Shown piece after piece: positions 28,593 through 37,373 of a stretch of 42,213 nt of DNA. The position numbers and the translations under genes were made by a program. The DNA is taken from the NCBI GenBank assembly GCA_027028545.1, contig JALVIT010000028.1:1-42213 (forward strand). The letters are read 5' to 3'. How positions within the stretch are numbered: the first letter of the stretch is position 1; each line of letters begins with the position of its first letter. Below the pieces are notes generated by a model that did not search any database, was not told the origin of the DNA, and saw only the letters and a list, made by a program, of their open reading frames with translations. The DNA is from Desulfurococcales archaeon (GTDB lineage: Archaea > Thermoproteota > Thermoprotei_A > Sulfolobales > Desulfurococcaceae).

Positions 28593-30413
28593 CTACTTCT
28601 TTTTCTTTAATAGTATCAATGCTACTATGAAGATTACTAGTGCTATTATTACACCGATCCATACGATTAGGCTTACTCCTCCACCACCACTGGTTAATCC
28701 GGGGGAGTAGGATAGTTTTATCGTATAGTTCCCTTTATCGTTAAGGTTTAACGGTATATATGCATAGTCTCCCTGAACGTTAAAGCTTACCTCCTTTCCA
28801 TTAACTATAGCCTTGGATAGGGAGAATCCACCCGTTGATTTAGCAGATACGATCAATGTATATGTTCCGGGTACTTCCACCTCTCCAAGATCGATCTCTC
28901 TTATATTCGTCGAAGACGCTCCAGCGACATATCCTACAGATATACCACGCTTTATAACCTTACCACCTGGCCCTGTCAACGAGTATGTTATGTTTCCAGC
29001 CTGCGGGTCGAGTATAGCCTGCAGATCGGATCCTACAAACACTAGTTTTAACATCGCTATATATGTGATCGTGAACTCTAGTGTTAGCGTATCTCCCTTA
29101 TTGAGTTCAACGATTACTGTGGAATCCTCAACCTTTGTCCCATTAGGGAGTATCCAGTCTATGAATCTGAATTTACCTAGCTTATCCGTTGTTAACCCCT
29201 CTATATCTGATAGGATAACCTTATATGTTCCCTTCTCGAAGGGTAGTTTGACCTGCATCTGTGTACTGGTGAGGCTTACCTGTGTGTATAGTTCGCCTGT
29301 TATTGCATCGTAGAAGTATATAACTGTATCTGGTATTCCCTCACCCTTCAACGTGTTTAGTTTTAGGTTTATCGGGTATTTCAGCTCATAGGATACCTTT
29401 ATACATGGTACCTTCTTAGATACACCTCTGGATATTGCTTCGATGAAGTTGTTTGGAAGACCTAGATCCTTCATAAAGTATGGATGTATAGGGCCGGAGT
29501 ATAGCTTCATATGATACTCCTCACTGGCACCCGGATCTAGTGTTAATGGTTTGAACTCCGGCCTGATCAGTGTGGCTGGTTTACCTCCGGGCCCTGTCTC
29601 GAGCCATGCATACGACGTCTTACTGATCGTATCTTGATCGGCCATTATCAGCATCGTGATCCATCCCCATGGTGATGGATCAGTGGAGTTATCTAGTAGT
29701 CCTATCGCTAATAGTTTTCCATCAACATTTACTGGTCCACCAGGTAGTCCACCGCTCCAGCTTGATCCCTGAACATATGCTTCGAATGAACCATCGGTGT
29801 ATACTAGAAATTGCGTATCTTCATCAGGCTTCTGCCCTAAGAGTCCAACGATCTCTATACCATATCCTATCGGTCTACCCCATTGTTCTGATAAGTCTAT
29901 TGTTATGGTTTGCGCGCCTGTATTCTTGAGGGTTACGTTGAAGTCTGCTATGAAGCTGTTCTTGTATAGTTTAAATGTTTTTATGACTTGTAGTCCGTTG
30001 AACGGATCCTCTGTGATCGTGTATGTGATCTGTATAACCGTATAGTTATCCGTTTTCTCGACTATTTGTGCTTGTGCTGGCGTTGTCACCGCTTTACCAT
30101 ACCATGGGTTATTATCGCTTATCAGATCCCACATAACAGTAGTTAAAGCACCAAGATCGCCCATACCACCCCTCTGACCTGAGACGCCCTTCTGCCCAAC
30201 CGGGTATCTCAATAGATCGCTACATATACCGCGTATATTGGCTATAGCGCCTCCATGGTCTAGGTCGAATGTTATCTCAATATAACCGTTATCGATCTTC
30301 TCCTCTCCCCCTTGAGCCCATACATTGTTTGATGGCATTAGGGTGACCATCGAAATGATCATTAATCCTATTAATAATAGTGATAAGTATATCCTACCGG
30401 ATGCTAGGCTCAT
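28593..30413 (-). CDS. secreted, C-terminally membrane-anchored surface protein (beta-rich, unknown function)
   Basis: N-terminal signal-like helix (LSLLLIGLMIISMVTL...AQG), C-terminal GGGG-TM-KKKK anchor (VSLIVWIGVIIALVIFIVALILLKKKK), many N-x-S/T sequons, and a beta-strand-rich repeat-like C-terminal half. Confidence 0.65.
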   Translation of the reverse strand: MSLASGRIYLSLLLIGLMIISMVTLMPSNNVWAQGGEEKIDNGYIEITFDLDHGGAIANIRGICSDLLRYPVGQKGVSGQRGGMGDLGALTTVMWDLISDNNPWYGKAVTTPAQAQIVEKTDNYTVIQITYTITEDPFNGLQVIKTFKLYKNSFIADFNVTLKNTGAQTITIDLSEQWGRPIGYGIEIVGLLGQKPDEDTQFLVYTDGSFEAYVQGSSWSGGLPGGPVNVDGKLLAIGLLDNSTDPSPWGWITMLIMADQDTISKTSYAWLETGPGGKPATLIRPEFKPLTLDPGASEEYHMKLYSGPIHPYFMKDLGLPNNFIEAISRGVSKKVPCIKVSYELKYPINLKLNTLKGEGIPDTVIYFYDAITGELYTQVSLTSTQMQVKLPFEKGTYKVILSDIEGLTTDKLGKFRFIDWILPNGTKVEDSTVIVELNKGDTLTLEFTITYIAMLKLVFVGSDLQAILDPQAGNITYSLTGPGGKVIKRGISVGYVAGASSTNIREIDLGEVEVPGTYTLIVSAKSTGGFSLSKAIVNGKEVSFNVQGDYAYIPLNLNDKGNYTIKLSYSPGLTSGGGGVSLIVWIGVIIALVIFIVALILLKKKK

Positions 30414-30508
30414 CTATATCACCAATATTTATGGATTTTTAGATTGAGCTATTAAAAACTATTTATTTTACTAGTATAAATTCTTCTATGAAGGTTTTCC
30501 TCCAGTGT

Positions 30509-30853
30509 TTAAATTGTTTGGTTTAAATACTTGATTAAATAGACTAGGCCCTGCGGCTTAACCTTATTTCCGGAAACTATTGCTTCCCTCGGCGGGTCAA
30601 GGAGATATCCTTTATATTGTCCGGGTATGTTGATTATATAGAATGCTTGTATTATGAATAATAGTATACATGCCTTCCTCCACGGCAACGAGTATATGAT
30701 CGATACTATGTCTTTAGACTTGATCGTCAGCCTATCTATTAGTTCACGATAAACATCTATGTTTTCCTCCTCCATAGCCTTAACTAGATCGTTAACCGTT
30801 ATACCGTATTCCCTCAATAGATCATAGAAGGCTTTTAGAACGTTGAGCTTCAC
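30509..30853 (-). CDS. hypothetical protein with one hydrophobic helix
   Basis: 114-aa ORF and the last gene of the same-strand array. It has one TM-like segment (ACILLFIIQAFYIINI). Confidence 0.45.
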   Translation of the reverse strand: MKLNVLKAFYDLLREYGITVNDLVKAMEEENIDVYRELIDRLTIKSKDIVSIIYSLPWRKACILLFIIQAFYIINIPGQYKGYLLDPPREAIVSGNKVKPQGLVYLIKYLNQTI

Positions 30854-30859
30854 ACTTAT

Positions 30860-31702
30860 TCACCACTCCGTGCAGAATACATTATTTACTAGGTTTATAG
30901 CGTCGCTAAGCCTCCTCTTAGAGGATTTTATCAGTGTATACTGTATATACTTCGACTTCACACAATTATTCAGATGCTCTACTAGGTATCCATAACTTAT
31001 TATGCCTATTAGTCTATGTTTAATCTCGTAAACCCTAAATCCATCCCTTCTAACCTGGTGTAGTCTAGTCATTTGTGGCTTCAATCTTTTTAGGATACGT
31101 GTCCTAGCCTCTGTAAACGGCTTACCCTGTTCATATACGTATAGGGGCATAGCGATCTGTATAACATGTATCTTCTTATCCCTCGACATGAAGTATGCAT
31201 AGCTGAATCCAACCTTAAATACCCGATCATATACGTAGAAGTCCTCGTATAGTTTTAATCCGAGTCCAGCCAGCCTCCACTCAACAATATCCCCCCGGAC
31301 AGGGTGGCAGTTTATACCGTTTAATATGTTTGAGAATAGTTGCAGGGATGTATTCTCCCCATCTAGTTGTGCTATGAATAGTCTCCCGGTCTCTTCACAG
31401 TACCATGATGATACATATACTCTAACATTACCCTTTAGAACATCTATATATCCTCGATGACCCCTTATCGTCTCCGATAACCTACTCTTCCTCTCATAAC
31501 CCTTCTTAACCAGTTTATTTATGTATGATTCATATGTTTTTAGTGCATTTTTACTCTTAGTAGTCCTCCAATATACTTCAAGCTTAGCCTTTTCCGGTGG
31601 TGCTGCTACTAATACTCCATTAAGCCTTGAACCCCCCTCATTCGTGATCTCCCAATCATTTGGAAGATTTAGCTCTACATGATTCCACACGATCCTCTTC
31701 AC
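30860..31702 (-). CDS. hypothetical protein
   Basis: 280-aa ORF whose start overlaps the stop of the PqqD-like gene by 4 nt. No motif recognised. Confidence 0.55.
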   Translation of the reverse strand: MKRIVWNHVELNLPNDWEITNEGGSRLNGVLVAAPPEKAKLEVYWRTTKSKNALKTYESYINKLVKKGYERKSRLSETIRGHRGYIDVLKGNVRVYVSSWYCEETGRLFIAQLDGENTSLQLFSNILNGINCHPVRGDIVEWRLAGLGLKLYEDFYVYDRVFKVGFSYAYFMSRDKKIHVIQIAMPLYVYEQGKPFTEARTRILKRLKPQMTRLHQVRRDGFRVYEIKHRLIGIISYGYLVEHLNNCVKSKYIQYTLIKSSKRRLSDAINLVNNVFCTEW

Positions 31703-32091
31703 TCACCACCACCGGGAGGGGTTGGTATTATTAGTTCTATCAGCCCCTTCTCAACGAGTTGTCTAATGTACGTGTATGTCGCTAGTTCAGCATTCCTCCT
31801 AGACAGACCGGTTATCTTCATAACCCTTTTAATAATGTCTTCTATGGTGTGTTTTCCATCGCATAGCTTCCATATTTCCGATCCAACCTTATCTAGTATA
31901 TATTTCTTATATTTCGGTGGAGGGGTTATTGAGAAGATCTTTAATAGTTTACCCATTATGCCATGATATTCCAGTTGGACTACTATAACTATGTTTCCAT
32001 CTTCATTCCTATAGTATTCCTCAGTAACCCTATGAGGTCTTGATTTGAGCCATACCTCCCTAGGTATTCTTATACCCTTCCTCCTAGGCAA
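31699..32091 (-). CDS. PqqD-family (RRE-like winged-helix) protein
   Basis: ILDKVGSEIWKLCDGKHTIEDIIKRVMKITGLSRRNAELATYTYIRQLVEKGLIELI matches the PqqD/PF05402 pattern (x-iW-x-l-DG-x-t-x-eI ... fl-x-L-x-x-gli). Confidence 0.6.
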   Translation of the reverse strand: MPRRKGIRIPREVWLKSRPHRVTEEYYRNEDGNIVIVVQLEYHGIMGKLLKIFSITPPPKYKKYILDKVGSEIWKLCDGKHTIEDIIKRVMKITGLSRRNAELATYTYIRQLVEKGLIELIIPTPPGGGE

Positions 32092-32094
32092 ATC

Positions 32095-33696
32095 CTATCC
32101 CATATAGATCCTTAATGCCTTCTCAGCAGATTTATCCCATGTATACTCCATAGCCCTCCTATGTGAAGACCTCCTAATAATCCATGGTGCTCTCGGATTC
32201 GAGATTAATAGGTCGTATAGCCTTCTATCCCCGATCCTCGATACTATCCTCCACCAGCCACTACTCCATGGTTCATGATAGCCGGACTCCATGAATAATA
32301 CCATATCCGTTAATGCATCTACCAAGCTCCACGGATCACCTGGTTCGATGTGTAGTCCAGTACCCTTTACACCATACCTTCTAATATCGAGAACTGTCTC
32401 AGCTAATCCACCAGTTTTTGAAGCTACGATGGCGTTTCCCGTAATCATACCCTCTAACGCTACTAGTCCGAAGGGCTCATAGGTGCTTGGAATCATCATA
32501 ACATCCCCCGCTAGATGTGTTAGATGAAATAGTGTCTTCGATACCCCAAATACAACCCTTAGGTTCTCGTGGTGTAGTATACTATTGTTTATGAGTTCTT
32601 CAGCCATCCTCCTCTCACCCCAGACAGGTAGGAGGAGCAGTAGTATTCTAACTTCCGGCGTGTTAGCTATGATCTCACCTATCACTTTAAGGAGTACATG
32701 AATACCCTTCTGTCTAGATAGTCTTCCAGTCATAAATACTAGTGGGCCTTCGCGTGTGAATGGCTGTATCTTACCGCCATTATGGAATGGGTATTCATCT
32801 ATTCCCTCTATAAACTTCTTAAACTCTCGATCATAGATTAATGGTTCTTCACTACCCATATGCCTAGGTGCTTCGATCTCTAGGTATCTTCTAAGGAACT
32901 CCCTATCACTACCCATGATCATTCTAGCATCAATGTTTAGATCGGGGTGGAGTTTTCTAGCTCTACTACACACTTCATCCAGGGTCCATGTGATCGCGTT
33001 TGGAATGTAGTCTACGTGTTCCTCGAGATCGAATCCGAGCCTACGGATCAGTGTTTTAGAATAGTCTTTGCTAACGGTTAATAGTTTATTCGATATCAAC
33101 GCTCCGAGTCTATCCGCCAACCCCCATGAGTATTCATAGTATTCCCTCAGAGTCCTCCTACCCTGAATCCCAGTTATCAATGTATGAGGGTCTAAGCCTA
33201 AACCATATGTTAGATCCTCCAATCTAAACCTAGTCTTACTGAGTAGATGAATCTGGTAATAGTATTTTGCGGATTCCTTTAATAAAGAGTTTAAAGCTAG
33301 TAGTGCTGGAACACTATGCCAATCGTTACCATGTATAATATCTGGTTCTTTCCCAGAATTCTCCTCGGTAAATATCTTTATAGCCTGAGCGAAGCTTAGA
33401 GCCTTATCCAGTAGTTTATCTGGGGAGTAAACCTCAGGGTCGTCTAGTAGTCCGCCGGAGAAAACTATATGCGGTACTGGTGGTTTATCGTAGAGATATA
33501 CTCTATATTTTCTATCATTAACTCTAAACTCTCCCAGAAGCTTATAATCCTCGGACACCGACCCATGGCTAGGTGTTAGGATGTAGACCTCATGACCCCT
33601 ATCCATAACAGCCTTTCCGAGTCTTGGGGGAACCTCTGCTAACCCACCGACTTTACGGGTATATATTGATTCGAAGCTTATATACCAGATCCTCAA
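32095..33696 (-). CDS. glgA: archaeal glycogen (alpha-glucan) synthase
   Basis: N-terminal KVGGLAEV motif and C-terminal YEPFGLVALEGMITG...KTGGLAETV at 533 aa. TTG start. Confidence 0.85.
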   Translation of the reverse strand: MRIWYISFESIYTRKVGGLAEVPPRLGKAVMDRGHEVYILTPSHGSVSEDYKLLGEFRVNDRKYRVYLYDKPPVPHIVFSGGLLDDPEVYSPDKLLDKALSFAQAIKIFTEENSGKEPDIIHGNDWHSVPALLALNSLLKESAKYYYQIHLLSKTRFRLEDLTYGLGLDPHTLITGIQGRRTLREYYEYSWGLADRLGALISNKLLTVSKDYSKTLIRRLGFDLEEHVDYIPNAITWTLDEVCSRARKLHPDLNIDARMIMGSDREFLRRYLEIEAPRHMGSEEPLIYDREFKKFIEGIDEYPFHNGGKIQPFTREGPLVFMTGRLSRQKGIHVLLKVIGEIIANTPEVRILLLLLPVWGERRMAEELINNSILHHENLRVVFGVSKTLFHLTHLAGDVMMIPSTYEPFGLVALEGMITGNAIVASKTGGLAETVLDIRRYGVKGTGLHIEPGDPWSLVDALTDMVLFMESGYHEPWSSGWWRIVSRIGDRRLYDLLISNPRAPWIIRRSSHRRAMEYTWDKSAEKALRIYMG

Positions 33697-33730
33697 GCTT
33701 AAACGCTAACCCCCTATCCCTCTTCTATCT

Positions 33731-35671
33731 TTACCTAGCTATTGATAGATTGATTCTCGACTCCACGGCTTCACCCGGTTCAAGCTTTACGGGTTTAACA
33801 AACATTATAGCTACGCCCTGAAACACCCTTCTAATACCCTTCTCGGTTCTAGCCAGCATCTCCAATGGTGATATCCATAGATGTGTCTCCCCATGACTAC
33901 TACCCTCCTCCTCTAACACTATATCCGGATACTTGGGGCTCTTCAATACAACCCTACGGTTCTCACCAGCATATACCTCGTTTACCGGGTGGAAGACGTT
34001 ATCGATCATGTATCCCATAACCTCACCCTTAGTCTCACGATTGATCTTTGGTGCTAGGTGATACTCTATACCTAGTAGTGTTTCAACGCTTCTACCACCC
34101 CTATTCTCAACCCTATAGATCGTCTTTACGGTATTGTCTAGAAAGACAATCTTCTTCTCAGCATATATCCTTGAGGGCTCCAATCCATATACGTAGTGGC
34201 CTCCAAGTGTTCGGAGTATTATTTCGTTTTCGGGGGTTATTGTTATACTATACTTGTTTAGTGCTAGATCGCTTTGGTCCTTGAATGGCGTATTATTTAT
34301 CCAGTCGTATAGGCTTGTATCCCTAGACCATAGGTGTAGCCTCATGCTAACCCTACGATACCAGTCTGGGTTTAGACCTGTACCCTCGATGTATGGCTCG
34401 TAGTATCTTGTCATAGTATCCTGTAGGTTATGCTCCAGATCTTTCTCCTTGATATCTAGTTCGAATAGTGTCCCCCCGTCATTTGGCTTAAGGTAGGCGT
34501 TCAGCTTTTTAGACTCGTATAATATCTCCTTAGATCCGTCGTGGTCGAAATCGTATAGTCTTATTATTGGCTCCCTTTCATCATAGTATCCCATAGACTC
34601 CTCGGCAATTTTTTCAGCTATTATGTATTTCTCATATATGGCTTGTCTTAGGTGGGATAGGTATATTCCACCGAATAATCCATGCCAGTATGCATCATTA
34701 CACTGTGCTAGATAGTATTCTCTCCAAGCATCTAATGGTAGACTAGGTGCTTGGGATAGTTTCCACCGGACATATAGCATCTTCTTATGCATATTATTAC
34801 TCTCCCTATACTTCAATAGGAAGTTCCTGAAGAATCCATTACTCCATTCAAGCATTTTATCATAGCTTCCAGCTGGTAGATATATTAGTCCGCGAACACC
34901 ATACTCTCTAAGATAATCCATTGGATGAAACATAACTATATCCCTTCTACTCCTAAGCTTCGATAGGAAGTCGTTAAGCCACCATCTAGCCCATCCCGGA
35001 TCACGCCATTCACCGAATTTCTCAGCATCACTACCCCATACGAGTACTCGATCACCCTCCTCGGTAGCTTTGGATAGCATGTAGTTGAATACGTTCTCAC
35101 TACTCTCCCATGGCAATACGTATCTTAGGGGTGAGTCTATGACGAATATCTTAACCCTATAACCGCCCTCCTCAGTTATCCATGCATAATATACGTCTTC
35201 ATTACCATGTCCTGCACGGTATAGTGTTGAATCATCAACCAATACATACTCTATACCATTAACAGCTAACGGGTAGGGTAGGCTGGGCTCCCAAACCCTC
35301 TCGGGGAGCCATAGACCCCTAGGCTTAAAGCCGAAAAACCTCTCAAACAATTTCACGTATTCTCTGATCTGTTTTATCCTATCCTCTAATGGTAGTAGGG
35401 GTAGTATGGCTTCTCCGAGGCTACCAGCTAGAAACTCTATTGTCCCATAATCTCCGAGCTTAGCTAGTTCATCGAGCCAATCCCTATGATATTCCAACAT
35501 GTAGTGGAGTAATGGTCCACTTACATGTACTGTGAACTTCATGTCCGCATACTTCTTGAATATCTCTAGTAGCAGCTTGTAGCTGTTCTCATAGATCTTT
35601 TCATTAACCCATTTCAACTGACCAGTTGGCTGATGGAAGTGTATTGTAAATATAAAGTTTATCTTGGGCAT
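33731..35671 (-). CDS. GH57 4-alpha-glucanotransferase / alpha-amylase
   Basis: As far as I recall, it is colinear over the N-terminal catalytic domain with the Thermococcus litoralis/Pyrococcus GH57 enzyme: INFIFTIHFHQP, GLWLPERVWEP (nucleophile Glu), GSDAEKFGEW (acid/base Asp), AQCNDAYWHGLFGGIYL. Confidence 0.85.
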   Translation of the reverse strand: MPKINFIFTIHFHQPTGQLKWVNEKIYENSYKLLLEIFKKYADMKFTVHVSGPLLHYMLEYHRDWLDELAKLGDYGTIEFLAGSLGEAILPLLPLEDRIKQIREYVKLFERFFGFKPRGLWLPERVWEPSLPYPLAVNGIEYVLVDDSTLYRAGHGNEDVYYAWITEEGGYRVKIFVIDSPLRYVLPWESSENVFNYMLSKATEEGDRVLVWGSDAEKFGEWRDPGWARWWLNDFLSKLRSRRDIVMFHPMDYLREYGVRGLIYLPAGSYDKMLEWSNGFFRNFLLKYRESNNMHKKMLYVRWKLSQAPSLPLDAWREYYLAQCNDAYWHGLFGGIYLSHLRQAIYEKYIIAEKIAEESMGYYDEREPIIRLYDFDHDGSKEILYESKKLNAYLKPNDGGTLFELDIKEKDLEHNLQDTMTRYYEPYIEGTGLNPDWYRRVSMRLHLWSRDTSLYDWINNTPFKDQSDLALNKYSITITPENEIILRTLGGHYVYGLEPSRIYAEKKIVFLDNTVKTIYRVENRGGRSVETLLGIEYHLAPKINRETKGEVMGYMIDNVFHPVNEVYAGENRRVVLKSPKYPDIVLEEEGSSHGETHLWISPLEMLARTEKGIRRVFQGVAIMFVKPVKLEPGEAVESRINLSIAR

Positions 35672-35737
35672 AATCCATCCTCCAGATAGATGTTTAATCC
35701 ATTGATTAAAAATAAGGATTTCCCTGGGAGGACCATA

Positions 35738-37312
35738 TTATGTGGACGTAAAGTATTTCTTTAAAACCTCTCTAACCCTATTTATAGCTGTTTCAGATCC
35801 ATGCTCCTCCTCAACGATCCTATCGATTTCTCCAGCCAGATCTTCTAATCCATATATGTATCTAAGCCATGACTGCAGGTCTCCACGGTTTAGATGATAC
35901 ATTATTGATTCCGGTGGAACCTTATCGAGTAGTTCTACGAGTTCTTTAATGCTTGTAGCGAAGTATCCAGTGTATTCTCCGCTCGGCTTGTTGAAGTAGA
36001 AGGCTTTATTCATTGGTAGTTCAAGCCTATATATAACCCTCCTCCTATTCTCCACGATCTTCTCAGCTATTAAGCCGGTTAACATGCTTAACGCCTGAAC
36101 ATATATGGCGTATGCATCAGGTGCGTTTTTATATGGCGAGAAATAGCTGTGAACCTGCTCAATGCTACCAAACTTTGTCGCTATATAGTATAGGTGGTCG
36201 CTTATAGTTAATAGCTTCCATATCCTAGTGATCTCCGGTATATCCAGCGCCTTAACATATGGTCTTAGATCAACCAGCATCTGGAAGGCATTCCTCTGCA
36301 TATGGTTTCCAAGCCATGCTGATAAATCCCTCTCATCAGCCCAGCTAATACTAGACCATGGTGGAACATCTATAATGTCTCGTGCAGGGTATTTCTCGAT
36401 AACCTCGCGGGGGGTCGATGTATATAAGTGATCCCACTTCAAGATCTCCCCAGGAAGCCATCTGAGGAACTCATGTATACCGGATTCAGGCCAATGGTGT
36501 TCTCCGAATGTCTCATAATCCATAGCTAGGAAAACTACATCACCGGGTGTTGCAGCTAGCCATGCAGCATATTTATCCGCTGTCAATGGGTATTGATCCC
36601 AGCTTCGATCGCTGAATCTATAACCCACGTCATCGCTCAGCCTATAGTTCCTCGTTAAAACCCTGATATCGCTACCATAGGCTTTATAGACATAGTTCGG
36701 GCTCCTCCATCCGAGAACCCAGTCAACACCCTCAGTCAATACAACTTTATATCCCAGTTTTGAGAAGAACCATGCAATATCGTTATTATATGTGAACTCC
36801 GTATTCTCTATACTTACAGGGCTGTATCCGAATAATTCCTTAATCACCCTATTATGCTCCATTATCTGTTCATGAAGCTCGGCCCAGTCCTTGAAGGGCA
36901 TGAAGGCTGCCATACTGTGATAATATGTCTGCTCGATGAACTCGACCATACCCGTCTCAGCTATCTTTGTGAATACATCTATCACCTGTGGAGCCCATCT
37001 TTGAGCCTGTTCTAGGAATACTCCACTGATCGAGTAGCTTACCTTAAACTTCTTGTCACTATCCTTGTATCTAAGGATGTTTTCGAGAATTATATTTGTG
37101 GCTGGAATATAGCATTTACGGGAAGCCCTCTCCATTACGAGTTTGTTCAATCCGTTATCGAATATAGCCTCCTCGAGATCCTTTGGTTCAAGCCTCCCCC
37201 TCAATGCATGGGATAGGAGCTTCTCATAGGCGTTTCGATCAAGCCTATATGGTTGATGAACCTCGAACATGAAAACTATATCTGCCAATTCACTGCACCA
37301 TCTACGGGACAT
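35738..37312 (-). CDS. GH57 family glycoside hydrolase (COG1449-like alpha-amylase/branching-type)
   Basis: FMFEVHQPYRL near the N-terminus, IENTEF and AMDYETFGEHHW catalytic-region motifs, 524 aa. Confidence 0.75.
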   Translation of the reverse strand: MSRRWCSELADIVFMFEVHQPYRLDRNAYEKLLSHALRGRLEPKDLEEAIFDNGLNKLVMERASRKCYIPATNIILENILRYKDSDKKFKVSYSISGVFLEQAQRWAPQVIDVFTKIAETGMVEFIEQTYYHSMAAFMPFKDWAELHEQIMEHNRVIKELFGYSPVSIENTEFTYNNDIAWFFSKLGYKVVLTEGVDWVLGWRSPNYVYKAYGSDIRVLTRNYRLSDDVGYRFSDRSWDQYPLTADKYAAWLAATPGDVVFLAMDYETFGEHHWPESGIHEFLRWLPGEILKWDHLYTSTPREVIEKYPARDIIDVPPWSSISWADERDLSAWLGNHMQRNAFQMLVDLRPYVKALDIPEITRIWKLLTISDHLYYIATKFGSIEQVHSYFSPYKNAPDAYAIYVQALSMLTGLIAEKIVENRRRVIYRLELPMNKAFYFNKPSGEYTGYFATSIKELVELLDKVPPESIMYHLNRGDLQSWLRYIYGLEDLAGEIDRIVEEEHGSETAINRVREVLKKYFTST

Positions 37313-37373
37313 CTACTGGATGTTGATATGCATATCAAATTATATATTGATGACCCATAGAGGTGATCAAAAA

